Positions 1 through 10,249 of a DNA stretch of 64,000 nt are shown here, piece after piece. This DNA is from a virus: the IMG/VR virus record IMGVR_UViG_3300006310_000773; one strand, written 5' to 3'. Both the position numbers and the translations under genes were made by a program. The notes under the pieces are model-generated. The model saw nothing but the letters and a program-made list of their open reading frames with translations, was not told the origin of the DNA and did not search any database. Position 1 is the stretch's first letter. Each line of letters opens with the position of its first letter.

Positions 1-564
1 TGGTAATCCACCCTTTGTAATCTTATTAAAATATTCTAAATCAAAAGGAATCTTTTCCTCAACTTTATGATAAAAATTATAACGATCGTCACTATCATCT
101 ATATAATCATGTCCAATATGAGGATCAAATGTTACTCCTAAAGCATCTGTGAGAATTTCTGGTATCTTTCCTTTATCTTCTTTAGTTTTACTATTAGGAC
201 TAATGATTTGAACACTCTCCATAATAGCATTATAAATGGATTTATCTTGACAAAATGATTCTGTAGTATTAAGTAACCACTCCTCATCAGATATTTCTTC
301 TTTATTTTCTTCTAAAAATCCAACAAGTTTAACACAACTATTATAATCATCTTCATGAAGATCTGTCCTTTCACTCAAATTGATTACAACTGCCTCTTTT
401 GTTGGGAGATTATTATAAGTCGAAATAAATGAATGTAATTCTTCAAAAAGTGCCTTTTCTCCTTTATCTTCAAAAAATACACCTTTAAGATAAGGTATAA
501 CTTTGCGAGTATACGTTTCATTATATAATAGATTTTTTAATATTAAATGTTCAACTCTATCCAT
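1..564 (-). CDS. g41: Replicative DNA helicase gp41 (N-terminal part; runs off the window)
   Basis: Manual translation from ATG at 564: [27 protein letters not shown]...[14 protein letters not shown]...FDPHIGHDY...[18 protein letters not shown], typical T4-like gp41 N-terminus; follows uvsX. Confidence 0.92.
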   Translation of the reverse strand, partial: MDRVEHLILKNLLYNETYTRKVIPYLKGVFFEDKGEKALFEELHSFISTYNNLPTKEAVVINLSERTDLHEDDYNSCVKLVGFLEENKEEISDEEWLLNTTESFCQDKSIYNAIMESVQIISPNSKTKEDKGKIPEILTDALGVTFDPHIGHDYIDDSDDRYNFYHKVEEKIPFDLEYFNKITKGGLP

Positions 565-1588
565 CTAATTCTTCTACTCCCACCTGACCATATAAAAATT
601 CTTTTTTGCAAGCTGCATTTATACCATCCATAATATCATCTGTAAAAAACTTTTCTGGATCTGCATAAACCGCCTTTCCATAATGTTTTCCTCCATCTGG
701 AAATTCATATCTATTTGATACCTTCTTTATTATACCATACTTTTCTGCAATGTCAAGTAGGCCATAATATCTATCTAATCCTTTATCATATGTTAAAAGA
801 ACATCCACTATTCTATTCTCTTTTGTTAATCTAGATTTATGTGTTTTACAATGTATGATATTACCAACTACTACGTTACCAACTTTTTCCTTTTTCTTTG
901 ACAAAAATAATATAGTTGATGCTGCATATTTTAAACCAGATCCTCCACCCATTTCTTTAGTAGGAAACATCGACCCTATTTGATCATAAGTATGATTTGT
1001 TACAATCATAGGAATTCCCGCTCTTGCAAGTCTCAAAGTTAAAACTCTAAAAGCTCCTTTTAAAGCGGGGGCTCTTGTCATATCTCTTTTATCAGAACCA
1101 CTAGTAGTATCTTCCATCTCTTTAGTAGTTGACAAATTACCCAAAGAGTCTAGACACATTAACAATGGCGTTTTTTCTGATTCCTTTTCATATTCTGCTA
1201 TGATTTTTGAACATTGATTTGCAAATTCTTGAACTGTAGTTACAGGAATAACTAAAAATCTATCAGTAGGAACTTCTCTGGCATCCAACATCGCTTTTGT
1301 TACTGCAGATTCACTTTCAAAATATATAACACTGCCTTCTATATTATTATCAAGAAAATGTTTACATATACCAAGTGTGAAAAAGGTTTTACCTGTTGAA
1401 CTTTCTCCCGCAATAGCGGTAATCTTATTAGATGGTAACCCACCCTTTATATCTCCTGATAAAAGTGCATTTAAAGTGTAACATCCTGTATCCACATATT
1501 CATCTATGTCTGCAGTATCTATTCCTTCAACCGCAATCGAAGCATATGGATTGTCCGCAATAGTTTTTGCTCTACTCAAAAATGTCAT
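557..1588 (-). CDS. uvsX: RecA-like recombinase UvsX
   Basis: Walker [27 protein letters not shown] motifs. Confidence 0.95.
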   Translation of the reverse strand: MTFLSRAKTIADNPYASIAVEGIDTADIDEYVDTGCYTLNALLSGDIKGGLPSNKITAIAGESSTGKTFFTLGICKHFLDNNIEGSVIYFESESAVTKAMLDAREVPTDRFLVIPVTTVQEFANQCSKIIAEYEKESEKTPLLMCLDSLGNLSTTKEMEDTTSGSDKRDMTRAPALKGAFRVLTLRLARAGIPMIVTNHTYDQIGSMFPTKEMGGGSGLKYAASTILFLSKKKEKVGNVVVGNIIHCKTHKSRLTKENRIVDVLLTYDKGLDRYYGLLDIAEKYGIIKKVSNRYEFPDGGKHYGKAVYADPEKFFTDDIMDGINAACKKEFLYGQVGVEELDG

Positions 1589-1590
1589 AA

Positions 1591-1836
1591 TTATTTTTCC
1601 TTAATTAATTTTCGTACTTGATTAAAAAGACGTTTTTTATTGTGCCTTCTATCCAATTCTACATTAAACTCATCACGAGCAAATGCTTCAAGTTGTTTTT
1701 TAGTCATGGATTCAATATTTACTTCAGCTGGTTCAATTTCTATTGGTTCATGATTTATAGGTATTTTTGGTTTTTTTGTGGATTCAGCATAGCCACTTCC
1801 AATAAACCAAGCTTTCATTTTATTTAATATATTCAT
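1591..1836 (-). CDS. Hypothetical protein with a small helical C-terminal domain
   Basis: Compact ORF between g43 and uvsX; [21 protein letters not shown] motif recalled from marine phage proteins. Confidence 0.6.
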   Translation of the reverse strand: MNILNKMKAWFIGSGYAESTKKPKIPINHEPIEIEPAEVNIESMTKKQLEAFARDEFNVELDRRHNKKRLFNQVRKLIKEK

Positions 1837-1848
1837 TTTTTCCTTTCA

Positions 1849-4362
1849 TCAAAAAAAATTTTCTAATGTTGATTTTCTTTCAGTTTCCCATCCAATAGTA
1901 TCAAGAATGATTTTAAGTGGATCAAGAAATGATTTAGTAAATTGTAAATCATAATCTATATACTTTTCCAATTTAAATTCTTTAGGAAATGTATTTAACA
2001 TAGCAATGACATTAGCTGTTGTAGGATTTGGAACTTTAAGATAAGTATATTTAATTTTTTCACCTTCTTGAATAGCTTGATATTTTCTTCCCAAACTATT
2101 TTTGTGAATCATATCATTATATATGATTGCTCCACGAATATGAAGTGGAGTTCCTTTTTTATAAAGTTGATTAGAATCATAATATTTATTAACTCCTTGA
2201 ACTGACCTTGGAAAAGAAATTTCTTCTATTGGAAGATTTTTAAAATTCCCTTTAAACTCTTCAATGAAATCCAATAACGTTGATTCATCCTTATTCATAA
2301 TAATGCTAATTGCATCTCTCAATTTATCACGACACGCAGAAGGAGTTGATGATTTAACTGCCTCAATGCCCATCATTTTAATTTTAGGTTCTTTGTAGCG
2401 AACACCCTCATTATCATAAACATTCAACATATATCTTTTTTTAGATGTCCAAATGCCTTTATCTGAAAGTCCTTCGCGCTTCATAAACATTTTCTGTTCA
2501 TAAGCATTCATATATTCAAATAAATTCTGAAATGACTCATTAATCACTTCCTGAATCTTACCCTCACATACTTTATCAAGAAAATTAATAACCTTTTCTT
2601 TGTCAATTTCATCTTTAAATACGCTATTAACCAATTTATCAAGAACCACATAAATTGAATCTGTATCACTAGCAATAACATAATCCTCATTGTCAGTTTT
2701 TAATAACTTATTTAAGAAATTATTAACATCTCTCTCAATCCATTGAATAGTTAATTGTCCAGATTTAGTGACCGCCTCCGCCTGTCTAGTATCATAAAAA
2801 CGAAAATATTGATTACCCAACGCTCCATATGCAGAATTAAGTGAAACCTTTTTCGCCATTTGTAAATTTTTAAATTTATCTACTCTATTAGAAATTGCTT
2901 TAGTTTTATTTTTCTCATATTCTATTAAAGCATCTATCATTTGCTTCTTATACTGAACACGATCATCATACATATTCTGCATCATTTTTGGAAGAAACCC
3001 ATGAATATCTCTTCTAAAAAAGTGTCCATTCGCTGCCATACACAAATTATATTTCTTCAAAATAGAAGAATCTATTTTACGATTTAATAAATTATCAACA
3101 GTTATTTCATTCTTTAATTTTTGAATATCTGCTGGTAATTCACCAGTTATTAAAGTTTCTGGCGAAATATTATATTGCATAATAAGATGCGGATACAAAC
3201 TATTTAAATCAAAAGAAACAACCCAATCATGTCTTCCAATTTGTGGATCTTTTACATATGCTCCCGCATATGCATGATCTTTAAATTTTCTTTCTTTTTG
3301 TGGAATAACAATGTCATTTTGTCTTAAATAATTAAAGGTGAGAATATCCCACATTCTTACTTGTTTAAACACATCATCATAATTTGTTTTTCCATCATAA
3401 GCAAGAACGACAGCCTGTTCAACTAATTTCTTTTTTTCCTCAATCTGTTCAATCAATTCTACATCTTTAATATTATAATCAATAAACTTTTGATGATCAA
3501 GTTTATAAAGTTGATGTAATGTATCATATTCTGAATAATCTAATTTAGCCTCTCCCAATTCAACATTAGCAATATGATCAAGTCTATAAGATTCTTGATT
3601 GACTAAGGTAAATTTTTTGTATAAATCCAAATAATCAAGTACTGAAATGCCAGTTAGATTATATGTCTGGTTATATTTTCCTCCAAGACCCATAACTTTT
3701 GATTCTCTAACAAAGTTCCAGGGCGATAATTGTTTTATATATTTTTCACCAAACAAATTTACAAGTCTATTCACAATATATGGAATATCAAAAAACTTAA
3801 TATTCCATCCAGTTATAATATCAGGAGATATTCTTTTCCAATGTTCTACAAATGCATAAATTAATTCTTTCTCTGATTCACATTTAACATACTCAATATC
3901 TTCTCTTGTATTATTATAATCTCCACAACCAATTACAACAAAATCTTTTCCACATTTCATTGATATTGCGGTGATCTCTTCTTTTGCCTCTTCCGGTTTT
4001 GGGAATCCATGTTCAGAAGCAACCTCAATATCAATATACATTAATTTAATTTGATTAAAATCATATGCAATTGTTTTAGGATATTCATCAGAAAGATGAC
4101 AATACATCCAACTAGTATATCCGTAGATTTCAAAATTTTCTACAGTATCATACTTATTCATAAACTCTTTGGCATCAGCAATGTTTCCAAATTTCATTTT
4201 GGATACTGATTTCCCACTAAGAGTTTTATATTTTGATTTTTCTTTTGAGGGGATAAAAAGTGTTGGGGCGTATTCTATCTTATTTTTAAATGGTTCTCCA
4301 TTCTCAATACCACGCTCAAGAACAAAGTTTCCATACTGTGAAACATTTGTATAAAATTTCAT
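1849..4362 (-). CDS. g43: Family B DNA polymerase gp43
   Basis: Exonuclease DIEV and GWNIKFFD; polymerase SFDLNSLYP, KVSLNSAYG, SDTDS motifs. Confidence 0.97.
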   Translation of the reverse strand: MKFYTNVSQYGNFVLERGIENGEPFKNKIEYAPTLFIPSKEKSKYKTLSGKSVSKMKFGNIADAKEFMNKYDTVENFEIYGYTSWMYCHLSDEYPKTIAYDFNQIKLMYIDIEVASEHGFPKPEEAKEEITAISMKCGKDFVVIGCGDYNNTREDIEYVKCESEKELIYAFVEHWKRISPDIITGWNIKFFDIPYIVNRLVNLFGEKYIKQLSPWNFVRESKVMGLGGKYNQTYNLTGISVLDYLDLYKKFTLVNQESYRLDHIANVELGEAKLDYSEYDTLHQLYKLDHQKFIDYNIKDVELIEQIEEKKKLVEQAVVLAYDGKTNYDDVFKQVRMWDILTFNYLRQNDIVIPQKERKFKDHAYAGAYVKDPQIGRHDWVVSFDLNSLYPHLIMQYNISPETLITGELPADIQKLKNEITVDNLLNRKIDSSILKKYNLCMAANGHFFRRDIHGFLPKMMQNMYDDRVQYKKQMIDALIEYEKNKTKAISNRVDKFKNLQMAKKVSLNSAYGALGNQYFRFYDTRQAEAVTKSGQLTIQWIERDVNNFLNKLLKTDNEDYVIASDTDSIYVVLDKLVNSVFKDEIDKEKVINFLDKVCEGKIQEVINESFQNLFEYMNAYEQKMFMKREGLSDKGIWTSKKRYMLNVYDNEGVRYKEPKIKMMGIEAVKSSTPSACRDKLRDAISIIMNKDESTLLDFIEEFKGNFKNLPIEEISFPRSVQGVNKYYDSNQLYKKGTPLHIRGAIIYNDMIHKNSLGRKYQAIQEGEKIKYTYLKVPNPTTANVIAMLNTFPKEFKLEKYIDYDLQFTKSFLDPLKIILDTIGWETERKSTLENFF

Positions 4363-4399
4363 TTATGTTTTTTATGTGTATTTCTAGTGTACATAATAT

Positions 4400-4428
4400 A
4401 TTATATCAAATAGAAGACTCTTTGTCAA
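4400..4428 (-). promoter_or_regulatory. Sigma70-type promoter for g43
   Basis: TTGACA-17 bp-TATAAT on the minus strand, upstream of g43. Confidence 0.85.
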
Positions 4429-4443
4429 GACAATAAAATCTTT

Positions 4444-4926
4444 TTAGATTCCCATAAGGCCTTTGACATATTTTACTTTTCCTTTTTGCTTTAAGGCTGT
4501 TAAACAATTCCCTCGATTTGATCCATCTCTTTTATAAGAACAATGTATCCATCCTGAATTAGGATCTACACCATTATAAAATTCAAGAATTAATTGATCA
4601 AATTCTAGATTATCTGCTATCCATTTAGCAAGTTTTGGATTAGAAATTTGATAACTTTCAAAATCAGCAGCTTCTCCATTGCAATGCTGACTCGTTTTAG
4701 ACCCACCCACTTTTGAATTGAGTGTAGGAGAACGATATCCAGAATTTAAAGTAATAACTCCGTGAACTTCTCTTATTGGTTGCAATACTGCATGAGCAAG
4801 TACTGATAAATTAATTAAATGTTCAGTAGTTGCCGGAGCATTATCAATTCCCAATCTTTCTGCTGTAGCACTTTTTATGAATTCATTTAAGTGAAAATTC
4901 TTACTTAGTCGTAAGTTTTCCATCAT
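4444..4926 (-). CDS. Peptidase M15A (D-Ala-D-Ala carboxypeptidase/endolysin-like)
   Basis: LSKNFHLNEF, SGYRSPTLN, SQHCNGEAAD, WIHCSY zinc-peptidase motifs. Confidence 0.88.
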   Translation of the reverse strand: MMENLRLSKNFHLNEFIKSATAERLGIDNAPATTEHLINLSVLAHAVLQPIREVHGVITLNSGYRSPTLNSKVGGSKTSQHCNGEAADFESYQISNPKLAKWIADNLEFDQLILEFYNGVDPNSGWIHCSYKRDGSNRGNCLTALKQKGKVKYVKGLMGI

Positions 4927-5620
4927 TGTCTCCTTTTTCGATTTCCTTTGGATATGGCAAAATAGTATAAGTTAATTTCTTTATTAGTTCCCTTTTACGT
5001 CTTTTATTTGCATTAAAGACAACATATCTAAACTTTAAAGATCTCTCTCTTCTATATATATTTTCTTCTCCAAACATCTCTATGAGCTTTTCTACTCTGT
5101 TCTTTTGTCCTCTAAATTTATCAGTAATACTTGCAGGATGTAAATCCAAACCTTTTATTGCAAGATCTGAAGTATGTCTTTTATTCATTCCTATGTAATG
5201 CCAATTCGATGATTGATAAACTGTGCCCAAATGGTTCATTGATGAATCGGCATAAGATATTATAATCTCTTTATCCAATTTTTTAATTGAATTTGAGATA
5301 AGAAAACTTTCTCCATTTTTAGGTACAGCATCGTCTATCCAGAGTCTTGTCAACTCATAGATATTATTCATTTCATCCGCACCACAAAGGGATTTGAGGA
5401 TTGGATTATAGGCGGGAACTCCGTAGCAAACGACACCCTTTAATGTTCCTCCAAAGAACCCACCTTTTTCAAAAATGCCATAAGCCTTAGAACATGGGGC
5501 AACACGATGAAGATAATGATTTTTTATCACTATATCCAATGCTGCTCTTGTTTCTATGGGCTCGACTGTATAATCAGCCTTTGATAGCTTTTCTTGCTTT
5601 TCCGCCGATTGGGATCTCAC
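4901..5620 (-). CDS. Mom-like DNA-modifying GNAT-fold protein (copy 1)
   Basis: HYLH, ELTRLW, PKNGESFLIS, ISYAD..HLGTVYQSSNWHYIG motifs; start uncertain (GTG, overlaps hsp20). Confidence 0.72.
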   Translation of the reverse strand: MRSQSAEKQEKLSKADYTVEPIETRAALDIVIKNHYLHRVAPCSKAYGIFEKGGFFGGTLKGVVCYGVPAYNPILKSLCGADEMNNIYELTRLWIDDAVPKNGESFLISNSIKKLDKEIIISYADSSMNHLGTVYQSSNWHYIGMNKRHTSDLAIKGLDLHPASITDKFRGQKNRVEKLIEMFGEENIYRRERSLKFRYVVFNANKRRKRELIKKLTYTILPYPKEIEKGDNDGKLTTK

Positions 5621-6065
5621 GTGGTTTCTTGTAATCAGGGATGATTTGCTCCAAATGTATTGTTAACATACCATCAACAAGATCCGCATCTTTTATTTCA
5701 ACATCATCAGCAATTGTCCAAGAACGTTTAAATGTTCTTGTTGCAATTCCTTGATGTACAAATTCATGGGATTCATTTACAGTTTGTTTCTCATTAGAAG
5801 AAACGGTTAATACACCATTCTCAACATGAACAGAAATATCATCTTTTGAAAAGCCTGCTACAGCCATTTCAATTAGATACTTATATCCATCTTTTTTGAG
5901 ATTGTATGGGGGAAATCCACCACTATTGATTGAATGATGAACTGTACCAAGATCATCAAATAAACGATTAAATATTCCATCAAATCCGACAGAAACATTT
6001 AATGCTCTTTCTATATCTTGGGGTCGTGCGAATGGAAAATTCGCGAGTGCGCTAGTTGTTACCAT
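5574..6065 (-). CDS. hsp20: Small heat shock protein (Hsp20/IbpA-like)
   Basis: FPPYNL, IEMAVAGF, HQGIATRTFKRSW, ADLVDGMLTI, C-terminal IPI motif. Confidence 0.95.
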   Translation of the reverse strand: MVTTSALANFPFARPQDIERALNVSVGFDGIFNRLFDDLGTVHHSINSGGFPPYNLKKDGYKYLIEMAVAGFSKDDISVHVENGVLTVSSNEKQTVNESHEFVHQGIATRTFKRSWTIADDVEIKDADLVDGMLTIHLEQIIPDYKKPREIPIGGKARKAIKG

Positions 6066-6159
6066 ATATCCTCCTTATAAAGCGAGGTTAATAAATTACC
6101 CACTCCATAGCACATGGCAGTGGGTTTGAGTTATGAGGTTTTCACTATGAACAACCTCA
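6066..6159 (-). ncRNA. ROSE-like RNA thermometer in the hsp20 5' leader
   Basis: Three hairpins (6134-6159, 6098-6125, 6070-6087); the last is CCUC-G-CUU/UAU/AAG-GAGG, with UCGCU pairing the SD and a bulged G. Confidence 0.7.
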
Positions 6160-6288
6160 GTCGCGCCAACCTTCTCCTTTTAAGAGATGTTCGCAGCGAT
6201 GTTTAAAAACTATCCAGATTAATTCTATAAATGAATCCGCAACATAAGTGCCAGATCCTTTAACGGTTAGTTTAAATTCTTTTTTCAT
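6157..6288 (-). CDS. Small hypothetical protein (43 aa, not in the ORF track)
   Basis: MKKEFKLTVKGSGTYVADSFIELIWIVFKHRCEHLLKGEGWRD; ATG 4 nt after a TATAAATA late promoter. Confidence 0.55.
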   Translation of the reverse strand: MKKEFKLTVKGSGTYVADSFIELIWIVFKHRCEHLLKGEGWRD

Positions 6289-6292
6289 AATC

Positions 6293-6300
6293 TATTTATA
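6293..6300 (-). promoter_or_regulatory. T4-type late promoter
   Basis: TATAAATA on the minus strand. Confidence 0.6.
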
Positions 6301-6871
6301 TCGCAAGTCCAGAAATTCCAGTAGAAGGGCCCTTAGAAGGTTCAGATTTTACATCTGTTGAACCAAACCCACCTTCTCTTTCAGTTTTTTGTCCTGGTGC
6401 TTCTTTTACTTCCGTGAGAGAATATTTATAATTTTTAATTAATTCTCCTTGAGCATATCTAGTATTATTAAAAATTTGTCTGGCGGTGTTATTTGCATTA
6501 TACAATATTAAATAACATGGATCTACATAATCACTATCGACTACTCCTTCTCCATTTCCTAACAATAATCCATCTCTTAATGCAACACTAGATCTTATAT
6601 GAATTCTCACAGAATGATCTTTTGGAATATCAAAAGTCAGCCCTGTAGGAACTAACATACGCTCTTGTGGGTATATTAGTACATATATATTGCCTTGTGA
6701 ATCTCTTTTAGTTTGTCTTGCTTGTTTTGCTTCTTTATCATCTAACCATAAAGATATGTGTCCATCATCAAAATGTGAATATATGTCAAAGCACGCAGAA
6801 CCAGTAGTTCCAAATTCTGGACTTAAAATATTTTCAGACTCTTTATAGTATTTCAGACTCGGTATTGCCAT
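6296..6871 (-). CDS. dut: dUTPase
   Basis: GSACFD, RSS, GVVDSDY, RYAQGE, REGGFGST motifs; likely start MAIPSLK at 6871. Confidence 0.92.
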   Translation of the reverse strand: MAIPSLKYYKESENILSPEFGTTGSACFDIYSHFDDGHISLWLDDKEAKQARQTKRDSQGNIYVLIYPQERMLVPTGLTFDIPKDHSVRIHIRSSVALRDGLLLGNGEGVVDSDYVDPCYLILYNANNTARQIFNNTRYAQGELIKNYKYSLTEVKEAPGQKTEREGGFGSTDVKSEPSKGPSTGISGLAI

Positions 6872-7277
6872 CTTCACTCCTTCGCTTATTTCCAATATTA
6901 TATTTTGGCATCAATGACCATTGATCCTTTTCCTTATAAGAAATTATTCTTAATTGATTCAATGATACTTTATCATCTTTTATTTTATCTACATCAACAA
7001 TTTCTAATAATTCCCATTCTTCTAATAAACAAGCGATAGTATTTCTTCTCGCTTTATCATTTTCGGAAAAATTCGAAGGTTTACCATCTAAAGAAAATAA
7101 TTCCTTAAAATGGACAATGTAGTACTTTCCTTGTTTATGGAGGATGTGACAAGATTGATAGAGGATTTTCTCTTTTTTCGACGCTATACCTATTCTGGTT
7201 AACGTCTCTTTAACTTTTAAGAAATCGTCTGGATTCGCCAATTCAATCTCAATTAAATCCTCGACAGTATTAAACAT
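6843..7277 (-). CDS. regA: Translational repressor RegA
   Basis: DDFLKVKETLTRIGIAS, LYQSCHILHKQGKYYIVHFKELF. Confidence 0.96.
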   Translation of the reverse strand: MFNTVEDLIEIELANPDDFLKVKETLTRIGIASKKEKILYQSCHILHKQGKYYIVHFKELFSLDGKPSNFSENDKARRNTIACLLEEWELLEIVDVDKIKDDKVSLNQLRIISYKEKDQWSLMPKYNIGNKRRSEDGNTESEIL

Positions 7278-7311
7278 AATGACTCCCAATAGTATAGTAA
7301 TTATATGAAAT

Positions 7312-7319
7312 TATTTATA
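7312..7319 (-). promoter_or_regulatory. T4-type late promoter upstream of regA
   Basis: TATAAATA in the g62-regA gap. Confidence 0.5.
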
Positions 7320-7321
7320 AT

Positions 7322-7720
7322 TTACTTACTTTTGGTAGTTCCACCCTGTTCAAATGCTTGTTTTATTTCATTGTATTGATTATCAGATATTATATCAGAT
7401 GCGTCCTTTGCCTTCTGATTAGAATAATTAAAATATTGTTTTATTGTTTCTATTCTTTCTAATTTTTCTGATTTAGCCCATTTTGAAAATCTTTTCTTTT
7501 TTCTAATAGAATATAATAAATAATCATTCTGCATCCTTTTGCTCGATTCATGTCTAAGATTCATCTCATTTGCATAAAGAACAGTATCAACAAAATAACT
7601 TAATCCTCTATTGATAATAAAAGAATTATAATCCTTTTCAATGATATTCTTATCATCATCTTTAAAAAGATTCTTTTTTCCAAAATTTATATCATTTATA
7701 AATTCAAATGGATTCATCAT
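7322..7720 (-). CDS. g62: Clamp loader small subunit gp62
   Basis: YNSFIINRGLSYFVDTVLYANEMN, RKKKRFSKWAK; start probably MMNPFEF. Confidence 0.93.
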   Translation of the reverse strand: MMNPFEFINDINFGKKNLFKDDDKNIIEKDYNSFIINRGLSYFVDTVLYANEMNLRHESSKRMQNDYLLYSIRKKKRFSKWAKSEKLERIETIKQYFNYSNQKAKDASDIISDNQYNEIKQAFEQGGTTKSK

Positions 7721-9089
7721 TATCCTTATAACAATAATATTCAGTTTGTCCATCCCACTCTAATTCTATTGTAGGATGATTTCTTAAATATTGTCTATAT
7801 GGTGAAAATGTAATACCAACTCCCCACCCAATATGTTTCATAATTTCATTCTTACTTACTTTACCATGTCTATCAATAAATGTCAAGATTTTTTTAATTG
7901 CTTCACTCTTTTCTGTTACAGGAGTCAAACCAGTAGTCGCCTTATTAATCATATCATTATATGATTTGATTCTATTTGACCACGCCATCACATCTTTTGA
8001 ATAATTTAAAGTAGCTGTTGCAAACATATTTCTATCATCCAGATCATTTAAATAATGATTCATTAAACTAACCAAGTCATCTTTTGTTTTAAATTTTCCT
8101 GACATATTCAGTGGTGAATCTAATCCACCAAACAATTCTGCATTTTCTTCACTCTCTTCATACAGATATGGTAATCCTTGTGCCATTCCATCTTGAGCGG
8201 ATATAGCCCAGCGGTTTCCACATAAAATTCCAAGATAACTTTTATTTAATTTTGCTAAATAAGGTTCCTTTAATGATACCCCCTCTATGTCAAAATATTC
8301 CTCATCCTTTTTATCTGCTAAAGAACACCAGACAGTAAAATCTTGTCTCAATTTTCTTAACTCGCGAATCGCTTCTAGAAAAAATGGATAATTTCTATAA
8401 TTATTTAAACGATGATTAAATACAATTGTTTTATTTGGCTCTTTACATATATCTTTCGCAATATCTTCATCATTTACACCAATATAATGTGGTTTCATAA
8501 TAGAAGATAATTTCTTTATAGTTTCAGAATTAAACCACTGAGATGCTTCATTATTAATAATATTTCTTATTTGTGTTTGAGTATTTAATCCACACTCCAA
8601 CATCTCCAATGTTCCTTGTAAATTATATGACAAATACGTTCTAGCATATTTTGCGAACTCTTTAGTTTCAGTCCAGTGACAATATCCAATAATTGGGAGT
8701 CTTCCAAAATGGGTAGCATTAGATAAAAAATTTGATATATTAACAGTCCACTCTGGCAATTGTGAAAATACAAAATCAAAATCTTTATGTTTCCAATCAA
8801 CAATCTTCAACCACGCATTATGATCAAAGTATCCCCGCATTGAATTTGGATAAGTTGGTAATCTAAGATTGGTATATTGTACCACATTAGGAATATTCAA
8901 AAGACGAGAATATGCAGTAAGTGGAACATGCCAAATCAAATCATCTCTGATTTTATTAAGTTCTCTAACCAAATCTGAAAAAAACTTAACAAAAGAATCT
9001 TTATCAATATCTTTTTGGTATGTTATATTTGGTACAACTAAAACTTGATAACAGTCTCTTTTTATTTCAATGTCATCAAATAAACTCAT
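7704..9089 (-). CDS. GT-B fold glycosyltransferase (possibly DNA-modifying)
   Basis: C-terminal GT4-like half (IVFNHRL...WAISAQDGMAQGLP); located within the replication operon. Confidence 0.65.
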   Translation of the reverse strand: MSLFDDIEIKRDCYQVLVVPNITYQKDIDKDSFVKFFSDLVRELNKIRDDLIWHVPLTAYSRLLNIPNVVQYTNLRLPTYPNSMRGYFDHNAWLKIVDWKHKDFDFVFSQLPEWTVNISNFLSNATHFGRLPIIGYCHWTETKEFAKYARTYLSYNLQGTLEMLECGLNTQTQIRNIINNEASQWFNSETIKKLSSIMKPHYIGVNDEDIAKDICKEPNKTIVFNHRLNNYRNYPFFLEAIRELRKLRQDFTVWCSLADKKDEEYFDIEGVSLKEPYLAKLNKSYLGILCGNRWAISAQDGMAQGLPYLYEESEENAELFGGLDSPLNMSGKFKTKDDLVSLMNHYLNDLDDRNMFATATLNYSKDVMAWSNRIKSYNDMINKATTGLTPVTEKSEAIKKILTFIDRHGKVSKNEIMKHIGWGVGITFSPYRQYLRNHPTIELEWDGQTEYYCYKDNDESI

Positions 9090-10249
9090 CTTATTATATC
9101 AATTTTATCAATATTATCTAATGTCCAAAATTCTAAATCTTTTCTCAACCTACCATCTGCCTTTATATTTTCCCATCTTTTCTGAGCCTTCTTTTTCCAC
9201 CAATTTACAATATTATCAAAATAAAAATTATCAAAATTTGGTTTTTTGATCAACTCACCAGTATTACCAAAAATATAATCTTTAGTATTTTCATACCCAT
9301 AATCAGAAATATAATATCTTTTTTGAGTAGTAATTGCCATTTTCTCTTTAACAATTTTCAAAAGATTATTATATTTTTCTGTATCATATTTTTTTAAATG
9401 TTCTTTAAGAATAGAAAGTATTTTTCCTTGTGTGCGGAACTTTCTACTTGTTGGAATCGCTTGATCATCTTGAACCAATGGCTTTCCATCATTCTTCTCT
9501 TCAAGAAATACTCTTGTTTTCTTATACACTTCATCAGAAAGATTTAAAAGTAATTTACTTTCTGTATTACCTTTATGTCTAATATAAGGTTTCAATCCAT
9601 CATACTGACTCATATTTTTAATTGAACCATATAATGATGTTGTTTCAAAAAACAATGCCTCCATTTCATCATATTTGTTATTTACAAATTCTCTCAATTC
9701 ATGACAAACACAAATTAATGCAATTAACTTTCCGCCAAGACAATTAAATCCAAATGGTTGTGATGGCACAATATTAAATCCATTAACAAAATGTTTATTA
9801 GCAATTTTTAGTGGGGTTTGTTTACATTGAAAATATACATTTCTCGGTTTTATATTAATAACTGGTGAACCTAATTTAATAAATCCTACAAATTTTCCAG
9901 TAGTTTTTTCTCTAATACCAAAACGAGAAGACCTGCCAGGGGAATTGTCAGCATTAAAACTCGCTGTCAATTCTAACAAAGTGGTGTAGTCTTTTGTTAA
10001 TAATTTCCCCTCGGCAGGTTTATCTGAAGTATGGACAATTTCAAATTCCATATCTTCAGGGGCAAGTTCCGGAGAATTAAAGAGATCATCCTCAGGACCA
10101 AGCCCAAATAGCGAAAGAGAGCTTGGTAGCCCTTCTAACCTCTTTCGCTTTTTATATCGATAATATGTTTCTATATCAGCAAATTCATCATAAAATCCAA
10201 TATAATCTTCGTAAATATTTAAAGTTTCTTCTTTATTTAAATTCAACAT
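9086..10249 (-). CDS. DUF4338 (DruA-like)/GNAT-related protein
   Basis: IREKTTGKFVGFIKLGSP, IVPSQPFGFNCLGGKLIA, ETTSLYG..SQYDGL motifs. Confidence 0.6.
   Translation of the reverse strand: MLNLNKEETLNIYEDYIGFYDEFADIETYYRYKKRKRLEGLPSSLSLFGLGPEDDLFNSPELAPEDMEFEIVHTSDKPAEGKLLTKDYTTLLELTASFNADNSPGRSSRFGIREKTTGKFVGFIKLGSPVINIKPRNVYFQCKQTPLKIANKHFVNGFNIVPSQPFGFNCLGGKLIALICVCHELREFVNNKYDEMEALFFETTSLYGSIKNMSQYDGLKPYIRHKGNTESKLLLNLSDEVYKKTRVFLEEKNDGKPLVQDDQAIPTSRKFRTQGKILSILKEHLKKYDTEKYNNLLKIVKEKMAITTQKRYYISDYGYENTKDYIFGNTGELIKKPNFDNFYFDNIVNWWKKKAQKRWENIKADGRLRKDLEFWTLDNIDKIDIIR

Noticed and set aside
6200-6290. Extension of the structured RNA further upstream of hsp20
   Set aside because: Better explained by the 43-aa ORF at 6157-6288; no convincing stems were found there.
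9086-10249. Druantia defence system
   Set aside because: Only a DUF4338-like gene is present; there is no DruE helicase or other Dru gene, and the context is a phage replication operon.
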